DNA from: Proteromonas lacertae
Taxonomy: Eukaryota
Assembly (NCBI GenBank): GCA_002245135.1
Contig: NGBS01000586.1
Location: 62,001 to 126,000 of the forward strand
Direction of reading: 5' to 3'
DNA: 64,000 bases
Positions within the stretch are counted from its first letter, which is position 1, and every line of letters begins with the position of its first letter. Under the pieces are notes generated by a model, which was not told the origin of the DNA, searched no databases, and worked only from the letters and a program-made list of their open reading frames with translations. Position numbers and translations under genes: made by a program. Below are positions 1 through 14,620 of this stretch, in pieces.

Positions 1-3000
1 CAACTATTGAAACATTAAATCAAACTATTAATCAATATAAATCATTAGCAAATGATAAAGATGAAACAATAGAGAAGAATCGTAATGAAATATCCAATCT
101 AACTAACGATTTGAATGATATAAAATCAGAATTTACCACATTACAACAAGAATATAAATCATTAGAATCAATAAAGAAGAATCAAGATACTGAATTAGAA
201 GATGTTACACAATCTGCTAGTGGATTATCTCAACAATTAGATGCATGTAAAACAACTATTGAATCAATGAATGATTCAATAGAACATTACAAATCTGAAT
301 TAAATGAAAGAGATAATACAATAGAATCATTAAAACATGAAATTGATGATTATAAAGATAAATTAAGCAGTTTAGATGAATCATTGAATCAATTAGAAGA
401 AGAAAATAATGAATTGAAATCCAATAAATCTGAAATGGAGAATAAAATATTAGAATTAGTAGAAGAGAATAAGAATATATCATCTTCATTAGAAACAATA
501 CAATCATCAAACACATCATTAAATGAGAGTATTGAACAATATAAACAGATTATTGAGAAAGATAATGCAATTAATTGATAAACAAAAGAGTGAAATCAGT
601 AATTTAACCTCCAAAGTGAATGATATGGAGAATGAATTAGCTTTATTAAAGGATAATAATATACCAGTTACAATCAGATAATGATGAGAATAATCAACAA
701 ATAAAGTCATTAAATGACCAAATAACCAATATGCAATCACATTGTACAAGATTAAAACAATTAACAGAAGAGAAAGAGAAAGAAAATAATGATCTTAAAA
801 CTGAATTGAATAATCTAACAGAAGAAAAAGGATCATTACAAAACCAATATAATGAATTAAGTGAAGAAAAGAAAGTAAATGATGAAAAGATTGAAAAATT
901 AAGTAAAGAAATAGAATCAATAAATGAAAAGAATAATGGTTTAGAAGATAATATTAAGACTTTAGAAGATAAAGTAAAAGAATATGAAGAAATCATTAAT
1001 AATAATGAGAATAAGATAAAAGAATTAGAGCAAAATATAAATGAAGAAAAGAACCAAAATGATGAGCAATTGAGTTTAATAGGTAAATATGAGAATGAAT
1101 TAAGACTTACCAATGAGAATCTAGAAACAGTAAAACGAGAATCAGAATCATCTATTAATATATTACATATTGATTTAGAGAATGTAGCTGTAGAAAGAAA
1201 TGAATTGAGAGATAAACTAGAGAATAGTGAGAATAATTACCAGTTATTAAATAATGAATATATTAAATTAGAAGATAGTTATAACGAAATCAAGAAGAGC
1301 TATGATGAATTAACATCAACTAAAGAATCAAATGAAAAAACAATGAATGAACAGATTGAAAAGATTAACAGTTTAACATCCAGTATTGAAGATAAAGATA
1401 ATGAAATTAAACAATTGAATGATGAATTAGAATCATTTAAATCAACATTTAGTGAGAAAGAAGGTAATATTAACAATTTGAGTGATGAAAATGAGAAACT
1501 AAAGAACAAATTGAATGAAATAGAAGAAGAATTAAAGAATAAAGAAGAAGAATTATCTCAAATAACCACCAAATTAACTTCAAAATCCAATGATTATGAC
1601 ATATTACAATCATCCTATGATAATCTAGTAAAAGAGAAAGAAGATGTAGATAAAGTGAATGAAGAATCATTAATAAAGATATCTCAACTGAATGAGCAAG
1701 TTCAACAATATAATATAATGATTGATAATATGAATGGAAGCGTATCTGATAAAGACAATTATATAGTTGAATTAAAGACATCTTTAGATGAAAAGATAAA
1801 TGAATATGAAATAAAAGAAAAAGAAAATGAATTATTGAAAAAGAATAATGAAGAATTAAACAATGAAATTGAAGTAAATAATAATGAGATAAAAGAATTA
1901 AATGAAGAAATTGAATTATTGAAATCTCAAGTGTTATCATCGAATTCAATAAGTAATAATCTACAAACTGAAATTGAAAATTTGAAAAGTACAATAGAAC
2001 AAAATGAGAATGAGATGTATAAGATGCAAAGTGACTTAAACAACTACAAACTAAACAAGAATGAAAATGAGAAATTGATAGAAGAATATAAAGAACAGAT
2101 GAATGAACTAGAGACTGAAATATCCAACAAATCTGAAGAAATTGAAAGATTAAGTAATGAATTGAATGATACAAAATCAACATTAGAAACTACAGCAAAC
2201 GAATTGAATGAAACATCAGAACAAAAGAATCAATTAGAAAATGAATTAAAAGAATTAACAAGTAAGAATGAAGAGAATGAAAGTAAACTAGAATCATTAT
2301 CCAATGAATATGAAAGAATTATTACAGAGAATGGAGAATTAAATACCAAAATAGCTGAATTAGAAACATCCTTAGAATCATCAGTTGTTAATAACAATGA
2401 ATTAACAGAGAAAGTTAATCAATTACAAGAGAGTAATAGTACATTAGAAGAATTAAAGAGTGAATTAGAAACTTTAAAGAATAATAATGAAGAAACTATT
2501 AATGATCAAATAGAAAAGATTAACTCATTAACATCAGAATTAGAAGGTAAAACAAGTGAATTAGAAACAACAACTACAAGATTAGAGGAATTGAATAAAG
2601 AGAATGAAGTAATGAAGAATGAATTAGAATCAGTAAATGAGAAATTAGAAGAAACAACATCATTATTAACATCAACACAACCAGAATTAGCTCAATCAAA
2701 AGAAGAAAATGAAGAATTAAAATCCAAACTATACGAGTTACAATCAAATTATGAAACTGCTACACTAAATCTCAATGATAAGACAAATGCATTTGATGAA
2801 TTAGAAGAAGAATTCAATAAACTACAATCTGATAAGAGTGAAGTAGATCAACAGAATGAAGAATATCAACAAAAGATAAAGTCATTATCTGATGAATTAG
2901 ATGATGAGAAATCAAATAGAAAATCAGCAGAATCGTTGAATAGTAACTTAAAGACTGAAATGGAGAATCTTAAATCTGTTATATCACAGAATGAAAATAC

Positions 3001-6000
3001 CATAACTTCATTACAATCAGCAATGAATGAATATAAGCAATATAAGATAAAATCTGATGAATTATTCAGTAAGACAAATACAAAATTGAATGAAATAAAG
3101 GAAGAAAAAGAGAAAGCTGAATTATTAATAGCAGAATTACAATCTGATTTAAGTGAAAAGAACAGTTTAATATCTGATCAAGAATTAAAGATTCAACAAT
3201 ATGAGAATGAATTAGAATCTATTCAAAATGATTATACTGAAACTGCAACATTAAAGAGCAAAGAAGAGGAAGAATTACATGAAAAAGAAGAGAAATTGAT
3301 TGAATATACAAATGAGAATGAACAATTAAAGACTGAAAATAATGAATTAAATGAGAAATTAGAGGAAGTTGAAAAGAATTTAAAAGAAATGACTAATCAA
3401 TATAATGATATTACATCTCAATATAATGAAGTAAATGAAATTAAAGAAGAATTAGAAAAAGTAAAAGAGGATAATGAATTGAAAATAAGTGAATTAGAAA
3501 AAGAATTAGAAGAAAAGAATAGTGCTTTAGAAACAAATGAAGAAAGTATAAAAGAATTGAATATAAAAGTAGAAGAAATGAGTAATGAAATAAGTGAAAA
3601 AGATAATAAGATAGAAGAAATGACAAATGAATTGATTGAAACAAAGACATCTTTAGATGAAAAGATAAATGATTATGAAATAAAAGAAAAAGAAAATGAA
3701 TTATTGAAAGAGAATAATGAAGAATTAAACAATGAAATTGAAGTAAATAATAATGAGATAAAAGAATTAAATGAAGAAATTGAATTATTGAAATCTCAAG
3801 TGTTATCATCGAATTCAATAAGTAATAATCTACAAACTGAAATTGAAAATTTGAAAAGTACAATAGAACAAAATGAGAATGAGATGTATAAGATGCAAAG
3901 TGACTTAAACAACTACAAACTAAACAAGAATGAAAATGAGAAATTGATAGAAGAATATAAAGAACAGATGAATGAACTAGAGACTGAAATATCCAACAAA
4001 TCTGAAGAAATTGACAGAATGAAAGAAGAAAAAGACAATTTAGAAGAAAATAAATCTACAGAAATAAAGTCAAAAGAAGAAGAAATCTCAGAATTAACCT
4101 TACAACTAGAAAATGAAAAGAATCAAAAGAATCAATTAGAATCACAGTTAGAAGATAAATGTAGCGAAATATCAACATTTCAAGCAACAATAGAAGAAAC
4201 TAATACTAAAAACAACGAATTATTAAAGGAAATAGAAGAAAAAAACAATGAAAAAGACATTTTAACCTCCAAAATAGAAGAATTAGATAATCAATGTAAA
4301 GAAATAGAAGAAGCTAAGAATAAGTTAGAGAATATGAAAGAAAACAGTGAATTAACCGTTAGTGAGCAAATTGAAAAGATAAACAGTTTAACTACAGAAT
4401 TAGAAGGAAAAGATAATGAAATTAATGAATTAAAATCATCATTATCTGAAGTAGAGAATAATTTATCATCTAAAGTTAGTGAATTAGAATTATTAACACA
4501 ACAAAGAGATAAATTACATATTGATTTAGAAGCAGTTGCTATTGAGAGAAATGAATTAAAAGAAGAATTAGAAAAGACAAAAGAGGATAATGAATTGAAA
4601 ATAAGTGAATTAGAAAAAGAATTAGAAGAAAAGAATAGTGCTTTAGAAACAAATGAAGAAAGTATAAAAGAATTGAATATAAAAGTAGAGGAAATGGCAA
4701 ATGAATTGATTGAAACAAAGACATCCTTAGATGAAAAGATAAATGAAATAAGTGAAAAAGACAATAAAATGGAAGAAATGTCTAACGAAATAGTAGAAAA
4801 GGGTAATAAGATGGATGAATTAACAAAGGAATTAAATGAAACAAAGATATTATTAGAAGAAAAGACAAGAGAATATGAAAATCAGATATCTGAGAAAGGA
4901 AGTAAATTAAGTGAAAATGAAAGTTTATTAAGTGAATTACAATCAAAGATAAGTGATTTAGAAAAAGAATTAGAAGAAAAGAATGTAAGATTGGAAAATG
5001 ATGTTTTAAATATCAATGAATTAGAGACTAAAATAGAAACAATGAACAATGAGATAACTGAGAAGGACAATAAGATTGAAGAAATGGCAAATGAATTGAA
5101 TGAAACAAAGACATCCTTAGATGAAAAGATAAATGATTATGAAATAAAAGAAAAAGAAAATGAATTATTGAAAAAGAATAATGAAGAATTAAACAATGAA
5201 ATTGAAGTAAATAATAATGAGATAAAAGAATTAAATGAAAAATTAGAATCATTCAACTTAAGTAATGAAGAATATACTCAAAAACTATCACAATTAGAAA
5301 CACAATTAGAAGAAAAATCAAATGAAAATGACAGTTTACAATCAACAATAGAAGGATTAAACAAAGATAAAGAAGATTTAGAATCAACATTAAACAGTAT
5401 TAATGTCTCCTTAGAAAGTAAAGAGCATGAAATGAACGAGCTACATGATACAATAGAGAGATATAAATCAATGACTGGTGATAAAGAAGGTGAAATATCC
5501 AAGATGATTGAAGAAAAACAGAAGTTAATAGATGAATTAGAACAATCTCATAATGATTTGAATATATTGAAATCATCTTATGATGACTTAGTTAATATTC
5601 ATAATGAGAATATACAGACAATCACTGACTTAAATGAAGAAATGGAAACGTATAAAAACAGAATTGCTGAGATTGAAGTAGATATAGAGAATAAAGACAA
5701 TGAAATAAATGAATTAAAATCAAGTTTAGAAGAGAAAGAGAATGAAATTAATAATATGAAGGCTGATATTGAACAGAAAGAGAATGATATAAATGTATTG
5801 AAATCATCACAACAATATAAAGATAATGAAAAGAATGAATATAAGATGACATTAGAAGTAAAAGAAAATGAAATCAAAGAATTAAAGTCACAAATACAAC
5901 AGAAAGAAGAGGAAATATTAGAGTTACAATCAACTATAGAATCAAATGAAATAAAGTATAATGAATTAGAGAAAGTAAAAGAAGAATGTGATGAGGAAAT

Positions 6001-9000
6001 AAACAAGAATAAACAGTTAATTGATGAATTGAATGAACAATTAAATGAGATTAAATCACATCATGAATCATCAACAACTATTAATTCCACTCTTCAAAAT
6101 GAAATTGATAATTATAAGAAAGAAATAAAGGAATTGAAACAAAAGATGGAAGAACAATCTAACGAATTATCTAGTAATGAAAGTGAATTATTCTCATTAA
6201 AAGAGAAATGTAATGAATTAGAAGAGAGAAACAATAATAACATATTCTCCTTAAAACAAGCTAATGATCAAAACATCGAATTAAATAATGTAATGAAGAA
6301 ATTATACAAAGAAAAAGATGATTTAGAAAATCAAATAAATGAATATAAAGAACAATTAGAAAACTTGAGTCCTGAGTTTGGTAAATTAAAGACATCCTAT
6401 AGTGAATTAGAAAAGAAATATTCTGATTTACATGATGAATATGAGTTTATTACAGTTGATAACTCAGAACAAAAAGAACAGATTGAATCATTAAATAAAC
6501 AAATCACAAAGTTAATGGAACAAAATAGCTCCTTAACTGAAGATTTAGTAGAAGAAAATAGAATAAATAATGAATATGAAGCAACAATAACTTCATTAAA
6601 TAATGACTTAAAACAATTCAAAGTAGAAATTGAACAACTGAAATTAGACAATAATATGTTAATACAGAAATCTAATGAAGATAATGAAAGATATATTGCA
6701 GAAGTGAAATCAACAACTGAAGAATATGAAGCTCAATTAGATGCAATGAGAAAAGATAATGAAATAAAAGAAGCATCTTATAATACAAGAATATCTGAAT
6801 TAGATGTAAGAATCAAAGAATTAGAAGGTGAAAAATCAAAATTAGAAGATGAATTAGAAATAAAGAATAGAAACCATGAAGAACAATTGATTAAGATTAA
6901 TGAAGATTGCAGCTTACAATCTAACCAATTCAATGAACAGATTGATTTATTCCAAGCTGAAATAGCTAAAACCTCGCAAACTATTGAGTTTTTACAGAGA
7001 GAATTAGATGCTAAAGTGACTGAATTATCTGATGAATTAGATGAAGCTGAAAAAGAGAAAGAAGATTTAATAGTAAAACACAATGAAGAAATTGAAGATT
7101 TAACTAAACAATATGAATCAAAGATAACTGAACTTATTCAACAGTATAGTGATGAAATATCTGATAAAGAATTAGAGAATAAGAATAAATTAGATGAATT
7201 GAAAGAACAACATGATGCTGAGATTCAAGCACTTAACTTTAGTAATCAAAAGAAGCTAGATGAAATAAGAACAGAATCAAATGAACAAGCTAAAGAATTA
7301 GAAGGAATGATAAAATCATTACAAGAAGCAAATAAATCATTATCATCTCAATTAGAAGGTGATAAAAAGACATTGAATGAGAAATTAGAGGAATTATTAC
7401 AAGCTAAAATGAACTTAGAAACTGAAATATTTGCAGTAACTGATGAGAAAGATAATGAGATTGAGAATTTAAAGAAAGAAATGGAAAATAGAGATAAAGA
7501 ATATCAACATAAATATGATGAATTGGAGAGAGATTATGTAGCAGTAAAAGGTAAATATGAATATTTAACATTTGAATTTAATGATAGTAAAGAAATTGAT
7601 CAACAAAGTCAATTACAAATTGAGAAATTAAATACAGATATAAAGGAATTAAAAATAACTCATAGTCAAGAAATAGAAAAGTTAAATATTAAACATGAAG
7701 AAGATATTGAAGAAATAAACAAACAGCACCAAGCCGAGCTTGATGAAGTAAGTCAACAATACCAAGAGAATGTGAATAATTACAAAGATAGAATCTGTCG
7801 ATTAGAAAGTGATTATTCAGCTTCAACAATGAAAGCAGAAAAATGGGATAATGAAAGAAATGAATTAAAACAAGAAATTATTGATTTAAAGAAGAAATTT
7901 GATGATTTAGTTACTAATGATAATTCAACAATTGAACAATTAAAGAAACAGAGTGAAGATTTATCCTCTTCTAATATGGAATTAAAGGCAAAACAAGTAG
8001 AAATGACAAAGAAATATGAACAACATATTGATAGATTAGGTAATGAATTAGAAGCTACTAAATCATTGAATAAAGATATATTAATGAAGAATGAAAGATC
8101 TTCTAAAGATTATGAATCTCAAATATCTAAATTGAACTATCAATTGGAGAAATGTGAAGTGTGTAAGAATAGTTATGAGAAAATGGTGAATGAATTATCA
8201 TCAGTATTGAAACAATTGAAAGATAACAATTCTCAACAAATACAACACTTGTATCAAGAATTAGAGAATACTCATAAGTCCAAACAAGGCACTGAGGTAA
8301 CAATCGATGATTATAAGAGCAAATTGAATATATTACAACAGAAATATGAATCTGCCTTGAAAACATTAAATCAGAACGATGAATATATAAAACAACTAGA
8401 AAATGAAATTGAAGAGATTAAGAAGAAGTATAATGACAAAGAGAATGAGTTGAATGAATTACACAACAAAGCTGATGAAGATAAGAAGAATAATGAAAAT
8501 ACCATAAAATCGTTGAAAGAGAAATGTGATTCATACCAGAATGATTATAATATAATACAATCAAAATACACAGAAATATTAAAGAATTATGAAGAATTAC
8601 ATGATGAAAATGAAAAACTCATCGCTGAACATAACTCATTGCTTGATTCAAAAGAGAAGTTGATAACTGAACATAATTCTTTGATTGACTCATCTAAGAG
8701 AACAATCAATGAATTACAAGAACAATTGAAATATTTACAAGTGAAATTAGACAATAACCAATTATTGAACCAAAATGACAAATCACAGATTAAAAATTTA
8801 CAATCTCAAGTAGAAGACTTAAAGAATGATAAGATTGAATTAAATAACCATATTAAAGAAATAACTGCTAAATATCAAAAACAATTATCAGATATGATGG
8901 AATTGCATCAACAAGAATTAGACGCATCAGCAATGAAGACAAGTACAGAAACCTTAATGAGTTCAAAGATGGAAGAAGATAAAGCCATTCAAGAATTAAC

Positions 9001-11203
9001 TCATGAATATGAACAGAAGTTAATGAATATGGAATATGAAAGAGATAGTTTAGAAGAAAAGATTGAAATACTAAACAACACAATAGAAAGTATGAAAAAA
9101 CAATTTTCAGATAAAGAAAGTGATTTTGGTGAAACATTAAACCAAATGAATAACTCTATGAAGAACTTAGCAATGGATAATAACAAATTAGCTGATAAGA
9201 TAATCAATAAAGAACAATACAATAAGAAAATACAGAAGGAATTAGATGAAATGACAAGATTATATGAATCATTAAGAATTGAATATGAGAAGATGATGAA
9301 GAAAGATAATGAAGAGAAAGATTCATTTGAATCAACTATTGATAAGAAGAATAGTATAATTGAAGAATTGAATAATCAATTGAAAGACTTGAGATCTGAT
9401 AAGAATGAGATAATTAATGAACATTCATCCACTATTACAACCTATAATGATAAATTAGAAGTATTAGTAAATCAATATGAAGTGAAATTGAAGAATATTA
9501 CGCAAGAGTTGAAGGATGTGCAAGCAAAGAATAAAGAATATTTGAATCAAATAAAAGAATTAGAAAGTAAATTGAATGATATTAAAGAACACAATGATAA
9601 TTTGTCATTGAATAAAACAGATTTAGTTTCAAAATTAGATTCGTTACAACATGAAAATACAATATTACACAATAAGATACAAGAATTAAACCAATCATTA
9701 GCTGAAACTGAGAATACCAATGAAGAATTAGATAGTAAAGTAAAACAATTAAATCAGCAAGTATTTACACTAGAAAATCAAAATAAAGACCATCAAAGCC
9801 ATATTCAGAACTTACTAGACTCAATGAAACTAGTACAAATAGAAAATGGCAATTTACAAGAAAAAATAAAGGAATTATCATCTTCAACATCTCAATCACA
9901 AGATGAAATAAATAAACAGAATATTGAAAAAGAGAAATTATTAGGTCAAATCAAATTATTAGAGAATCAAAGTGGTTATTCAGATAAAATGGTTAATGAT
10001 TTAAAGAAAGAAATAGAATCACTAACAAAAGACAATAAAACACTCTCTGATCAAATAAGCGGAATTAAGAAGATGTATGAAGATAGAGAAGATGAATTCA
10101 ACAATAAAATCCATTCAATGAATAATCAATATGAAGAAATCAATAAACAATTAACAGAACAATTAAATACAACAACTGAAACATTGAATAATGAATTAAA
10201 AGATAGTCAAAATCAATTGAATGAAATTAATAATAAATATAAATCATTATATCAAGAATATACTAAGTTAGAATCTGATTATAGTGAATTAGAATCAGAT
10301 TATAATATTCAAATAAACAAACAGAAATCATTAGAAGATGAATATGAGAAACAAATTAACAATTACAACCGTTTACAAGAAGAATATAACAATCGAAATA
10401 AAGAAATAGAATCATTAGAAAATGAGTTAAATAAACATAAGAAAGATAATGAATCAATTGATAAGCAATATAAACTAATGGTCGATGAATTATCCAATAA
10501 AAAGAGTGATTTAGAGAAGATGACTAAACAATATGAGACAATAAAGAAAGCTAATTCAATACTAGTAGATTCAATCAATAATAAAGACTCTAATTATGAT
10601 TCACAGAAAGCAGTAATAGATTCAAATACAACTAACTTATTAATATTGCAATCAGAATTGAATTCAATGGAAATAGAAATGAATCAATTGAAGAATACAA
10701 TCAAAGAGAAAGATAGAATGATTGGTGAATTAAAAGCAGTTAAATTAACAGGTCAAGATGACTGTATTAAATCATATAAAAGCAGATGTGAACAGTTGCA
10801 ATCTGAGAATTTAACAATTAATAAAGCGTTAAGAACAAGTGCAAAACAATTGAAAGATTTACAGCAACAGATTAAAGATAAAGAATTACAGATTGAGACT
10901 CTGGAAGAGAATTTCAATATTTTATTCTCCACTAATAAAAAGAATGAAGATGATTTATATGATTGTAAGATATTATTAGAAAGTGAAACATCTAAATTAA
11001 CAGAATTAACAGCAAAATATGAATTATTAAAACAACAGAATAAGAAATTGAATGACTATAATCAAAATATAGAGAATGAATATAAGAATTTGTGTATTAG
11101 AACAAATAAGATTGATCTTGAAAATGTTCCAACACCAAACAGAACACCAAGCCGAACTCCGCAAAGAACACCAAGTAGAACACCACAAAGAACTCCAAAG
11201 TAG
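1..11203 (+). CDS. Giant coiled-coil protein (>3700 aa, 5' end outside the window) with internal duplications and C-terminal TPxR repeats
   Basis: Uninterrupted 3490-aa E/K/N/L-rich heptad ORF at 731-11203. The upstream ORF 111-578 and the intervening sequence continue the same composition across two +1 frameshifts (~572, ~661). Ends TPNRTPSRTPQRTPSRTPQRTPK-TAG. Confidence 0.85.
1774..2145 (+). repeat. Intragenic direct repeat, copy 1 (372 bp). Copy 2 at 3643-4014; partial copy 3 at ~5107-5238
   Basis: Near-identical DNA encoding KTSLDEKIN(E/D)YEIKEKENELLK...ETEISNKSEEI. The 1869-bp offset between copies 1 and 2 preserves frame. Confidence 0.95.
3440..3580 (+). repeat. Second intragenic repeat (~140 bp), copy at ~4555-4697
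   Basis: Both encode KEELEK(V/T)KEDNELKISELEKELEEKNSALETNEESIKELNIKVEEM with near-identical DNA. Confidence 0.9.
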
Positions 11204-11318
11204 ATTTTATATATAAATATATATGTTTTTTATTTATATTTATTTTTTGATAAATTGTTGAATTTTGGGTATTAAAAAATAACATTCAAATAAAAATCAA
11301 TTAATGATATATAATTAT

Positions 11319-12594
11319 TTAAGCATTATTTCTTGTCTTTTCACAAGCAATACCACTGAATCCATCAAAACATTGACATAATCCACTTGTTTCATCACAA
11401 CTTCCTCTTCCACTACAAGAAATAAATGAATCTCCATCAATTTTTTGAGTTGCTGAATTTAAAGGATCAACATTAATTGAAGTTGCTGTCATTGTTAAAG
11501 TTGAAGATAGTGGAGTTGTTCCTGTAGCAGTTGAATAGCTTCAAATGATTCTGGTTTGTTTTTCATTGTTATTGTACAATAACCAAGAGTATTTGTGTGG
11601 AGTTGGTCCTGTACATCCATTGTTCTCATTACTTGCTGTTAAATCTAATTCAATATAAGGAGTTGTAATATCAATTGAATCAATAGTATTTCCTGTACAT
11701 TTAATTGACACTTTTGATTGTGATAATGGTGGAATTGAGATAATTGCTCTTCTAATATCTTCATTTGCCTCACTAATTGAACTAGGAGTTTTACATATAT
11801 CAGCTCTTTTTGGTATTAATGGAGTTGTATAAGTTACACCATCATAAACCATTTTATAAGAATGTTCATTAATAGTATTAGCATTAATAAGATCAGTACT
11901 ACCTGCAGTATTGTTATTTTGAATGTATAAGTATAACTTCCCTTTGTAACTGGATCAATTCCTTTAGGACATATTCTACTTCCACAACTAATACCAGTCC
12001 AACCTTTATCACATTCACAAACACCAAACTTCTGATATTCCCAACCACTTGGTAAAGCTGGATTAGCACTATTCTTTATTATACTTGCTTCACTACTTAA
12101 ACACATACCATGTCCACTGCAAGCTAATCCATCAGCAGATGCTGGACAACTTCTTCGTTGACAGGCACTACCTTCAAATCCACTGTTACATTTACATAAA
12201 CCACTATTTCTATCACATATACCAGCGTTGGAACACTCTGCATAACGATGTGCTCTTTTTTTGTGTGTTATTACATAACCAGTATTTTCATCAATTCCTA
12301 CAACTGGACTCCATTCGTTTAATACTGGATGAGCAGTACCAGCTGTTGTTGTAATACTTCCATCGTGATCTAAATCACCTGGTAATAAATCAACAAAAGC
12401 ATCACTGTATGGACAACTTCCTATTTATTTTATATTACGAATATAATAACTATACTCAAATTACAGTTTGCACCTCCCCAACCTGGATAGCAACTGCATT
12501 TATCACCTGTTTCACATTCACCGTGTCCATAGCAAAAATTTTCACAACAAAGTGTGAGTGATAAAGAGATAATAAAAACAAAAATAAATTTCAT
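11319..12594 (-). CDS. Tubular mastigoneme-type (Ocm1/Sig1-like) secreted EGF-repeat protein; about 4 frameshifts in this sequence
   Basis: Signal peptide MKFIFVFIISLSLTLC, then CYGHGEC..CSCYPGWGGANC, a 35-nt intron (~12421-12455), RSCPYSDAFVDLLPGDLDHDG, AHRYAECSNAGICDRNSGLCKCNSGFEGSACQRRSCP, CSGHGMC..CECDKGWTGISCGSRICPKGIDP, and C-terminal SCSGRGSCDETSGLCQCFDGFSGIACE. This order of EGF-like domains with GDLD and CPxGxDP motifs matches stramenopile mastigoneme proteins. Confidence 0.75.
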
Positions 12595-12688
12595 ATTACT
12601 GTTGAAATGACTATATTTTCAATAACATTTGGGACAAAATATATTTTCAAAAATAAACAACAATAACAATGATAACATTACAATATAT

Positions 12689-14620
12689 CTATTTTAACAA
12701 ATTCTCCATATCAACATACTGCTTCTTCAACCATTCTTTAATATCTTCAGTGAGATAACTTCCAACTTTCTCAAAACACATCTTATTATACTCAATAAGC
12801 CATTTCTTTTCTTTATCACTCAATAATGTTGGTTCAATCATACTACTCTGAAGAGGTACATATGTTAAAGGCTCCATTTTTATAAATCCATTTCCACAAT
12901 CCACAACAATCTCTGTATTTTCAATTCTAATACCATATTCATTATCTTTATAATATCCAGGTTCATCTGTAATAGTCATCCCTGGTAAGAATCCATTCGT
13001 ATAATTACCATTCGCTCTAGGACCTATCCCTTGTGGTCCTTCATGTACAGATAAATAACTACCAACCCATGTCCAACACCATGTCCAAAGTCTTTACCAA
13101 TTTCCCACAAATATTCTCTAGCAAATGCATCATAACATGTTCCACTATTACCAACTGGACATACTTTACTACAAACACCAATATGACCTTTCAATACACG
13201 AGTAAACATATCTTTAACTTCATTATTAATATTATTACTATAACATACAGTTCTTGTTATATCAGTAGTACCATCTAGATATTGTCCACCAGTGTCGATT
13301 AGTATTACATCATCTTTCAATACTTTACGATTACTTTCAGCTGTTGGAATATAATGAACAATAGAACCATTTGGTCCACTACCAATAATTGATGGGAAAC
13401 TTAATCCTTTATTTAGTTTCTGTTTATATCGATTATTATTGAACATATCACTTATCTTTAATTCATCTAAATCACCATCTTTATAACTGTTGTTTTTGAT
13501 TGTATTTTCTAACCAATATAATGATTCACACATTGCTATAGCATCACGTATATGACAATCTTTCATTCCTTTAATTTCAGTTTCATTTTTTATACTACAT
13601 AATATTGTAGCTGGATCTATTCTTTCAATGAATCTATCTGGATTTGTTAAGTATTGTTTGGAGATTAATTTTATATTACAGGTTGATGGATCAATCCAGA
13701 CTTTCTTCGTTGGATTTACTTTTAATAAATTATCAACATATGTAAAGATAGTTTCATAAGGTTTGACTATTATGTTGTTATTATTTAAATATTTCTTTGT
13801 TGTTTCATCTTTTACTTTTTCTGGATTGATAAATAGAATACTTTCATTTTCACTGATTATTGCATAACTTATACTATTAAGAATAAAATTAAAAAATTAA
13901 AAATAAATATTATAATATACAGTAATGGATTATATTCAATATCATTTCCTCTAAGATTATATAACCAACAAATAGCATGTAATGCACTTAATATTAAATA
14001 ATCACTGTTGTTCGATTTCATCATTTTTCTGACTTCTGTTACTTTATCTTTGTATGTTTTCCCACAATATTCTATTGGATGGATTACTGCTTCGTCACTT
14101 GGGTATTTTGGACGATCTGTCCATAGCTTATCTATGAGATTTGGACCTTCATAGCTAATCTCAATATTGTGAGTGTTTAATTTAGTTTGAAGTGCTTTAA
14201 ATATTTTGAAGTTGAATAATGAACCATCCATACCAACTACACTTTTAGCTGGCATATTTTCAACAATCCAATTTGATAAAGTTGTTTCTCCTGGTGCCAT
14301 TTTCATCATCTTCCATCCTTCTGGTAGTTCTTTTTCTGCTTGTAAATAAAAACGACTATCTGTCCAACATAAAGCTTCAGTTTCGGTGATTAAACCTGAA
14401 AATACAATATAAAGTTAATAAAAATACCAATCCCATTTTCTCCCTTGAATTCTGAGATAAATTGCAATCTTTTATCAGCTTCACAGACATATTCAGTATC
14501 ATGATCGTCATTTGAAGGTACAATATAGGCATTGTAGTTGTATTCTTTCATTAAATTTCGTAATGCTTGTACTTTTGATGTCATTTGTGAATAGGATCTT
14601 CTAATCAAATTACTTAACAT
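12689..14620 (-). CDS. XPNPEP1: Xaa-Pro aminopeptidase (aminopeptidase P, M24B); two introns and one frameshift (~13067)
   Basis: AYIVPSNDDHDTEY, WTDSRFYLQA, WLYNLRGNDIEYNP, LIDTGGQYLDGTTDITRT, HGVGHG(V)GSYLSVHEGP, TDEPGYYKDNEYGIRIEN. Introns at ~14395-14426 and ~13874-13920. Confidence 0.92.

Noticed and set aside
1774..4014. Direct repeats as LTRs or a CRISPR-like array
   Set aside because: They are in-frame parts of one coding sequence, with no spacers, TG..CA ends or retroelement genes.
256..10578. Many minus-strand F/S/L/I-rich ORFs
   Set aside because: Antisense shadows of the GAA/AAT-rich coiled-coil gene, with no independent coding signal.
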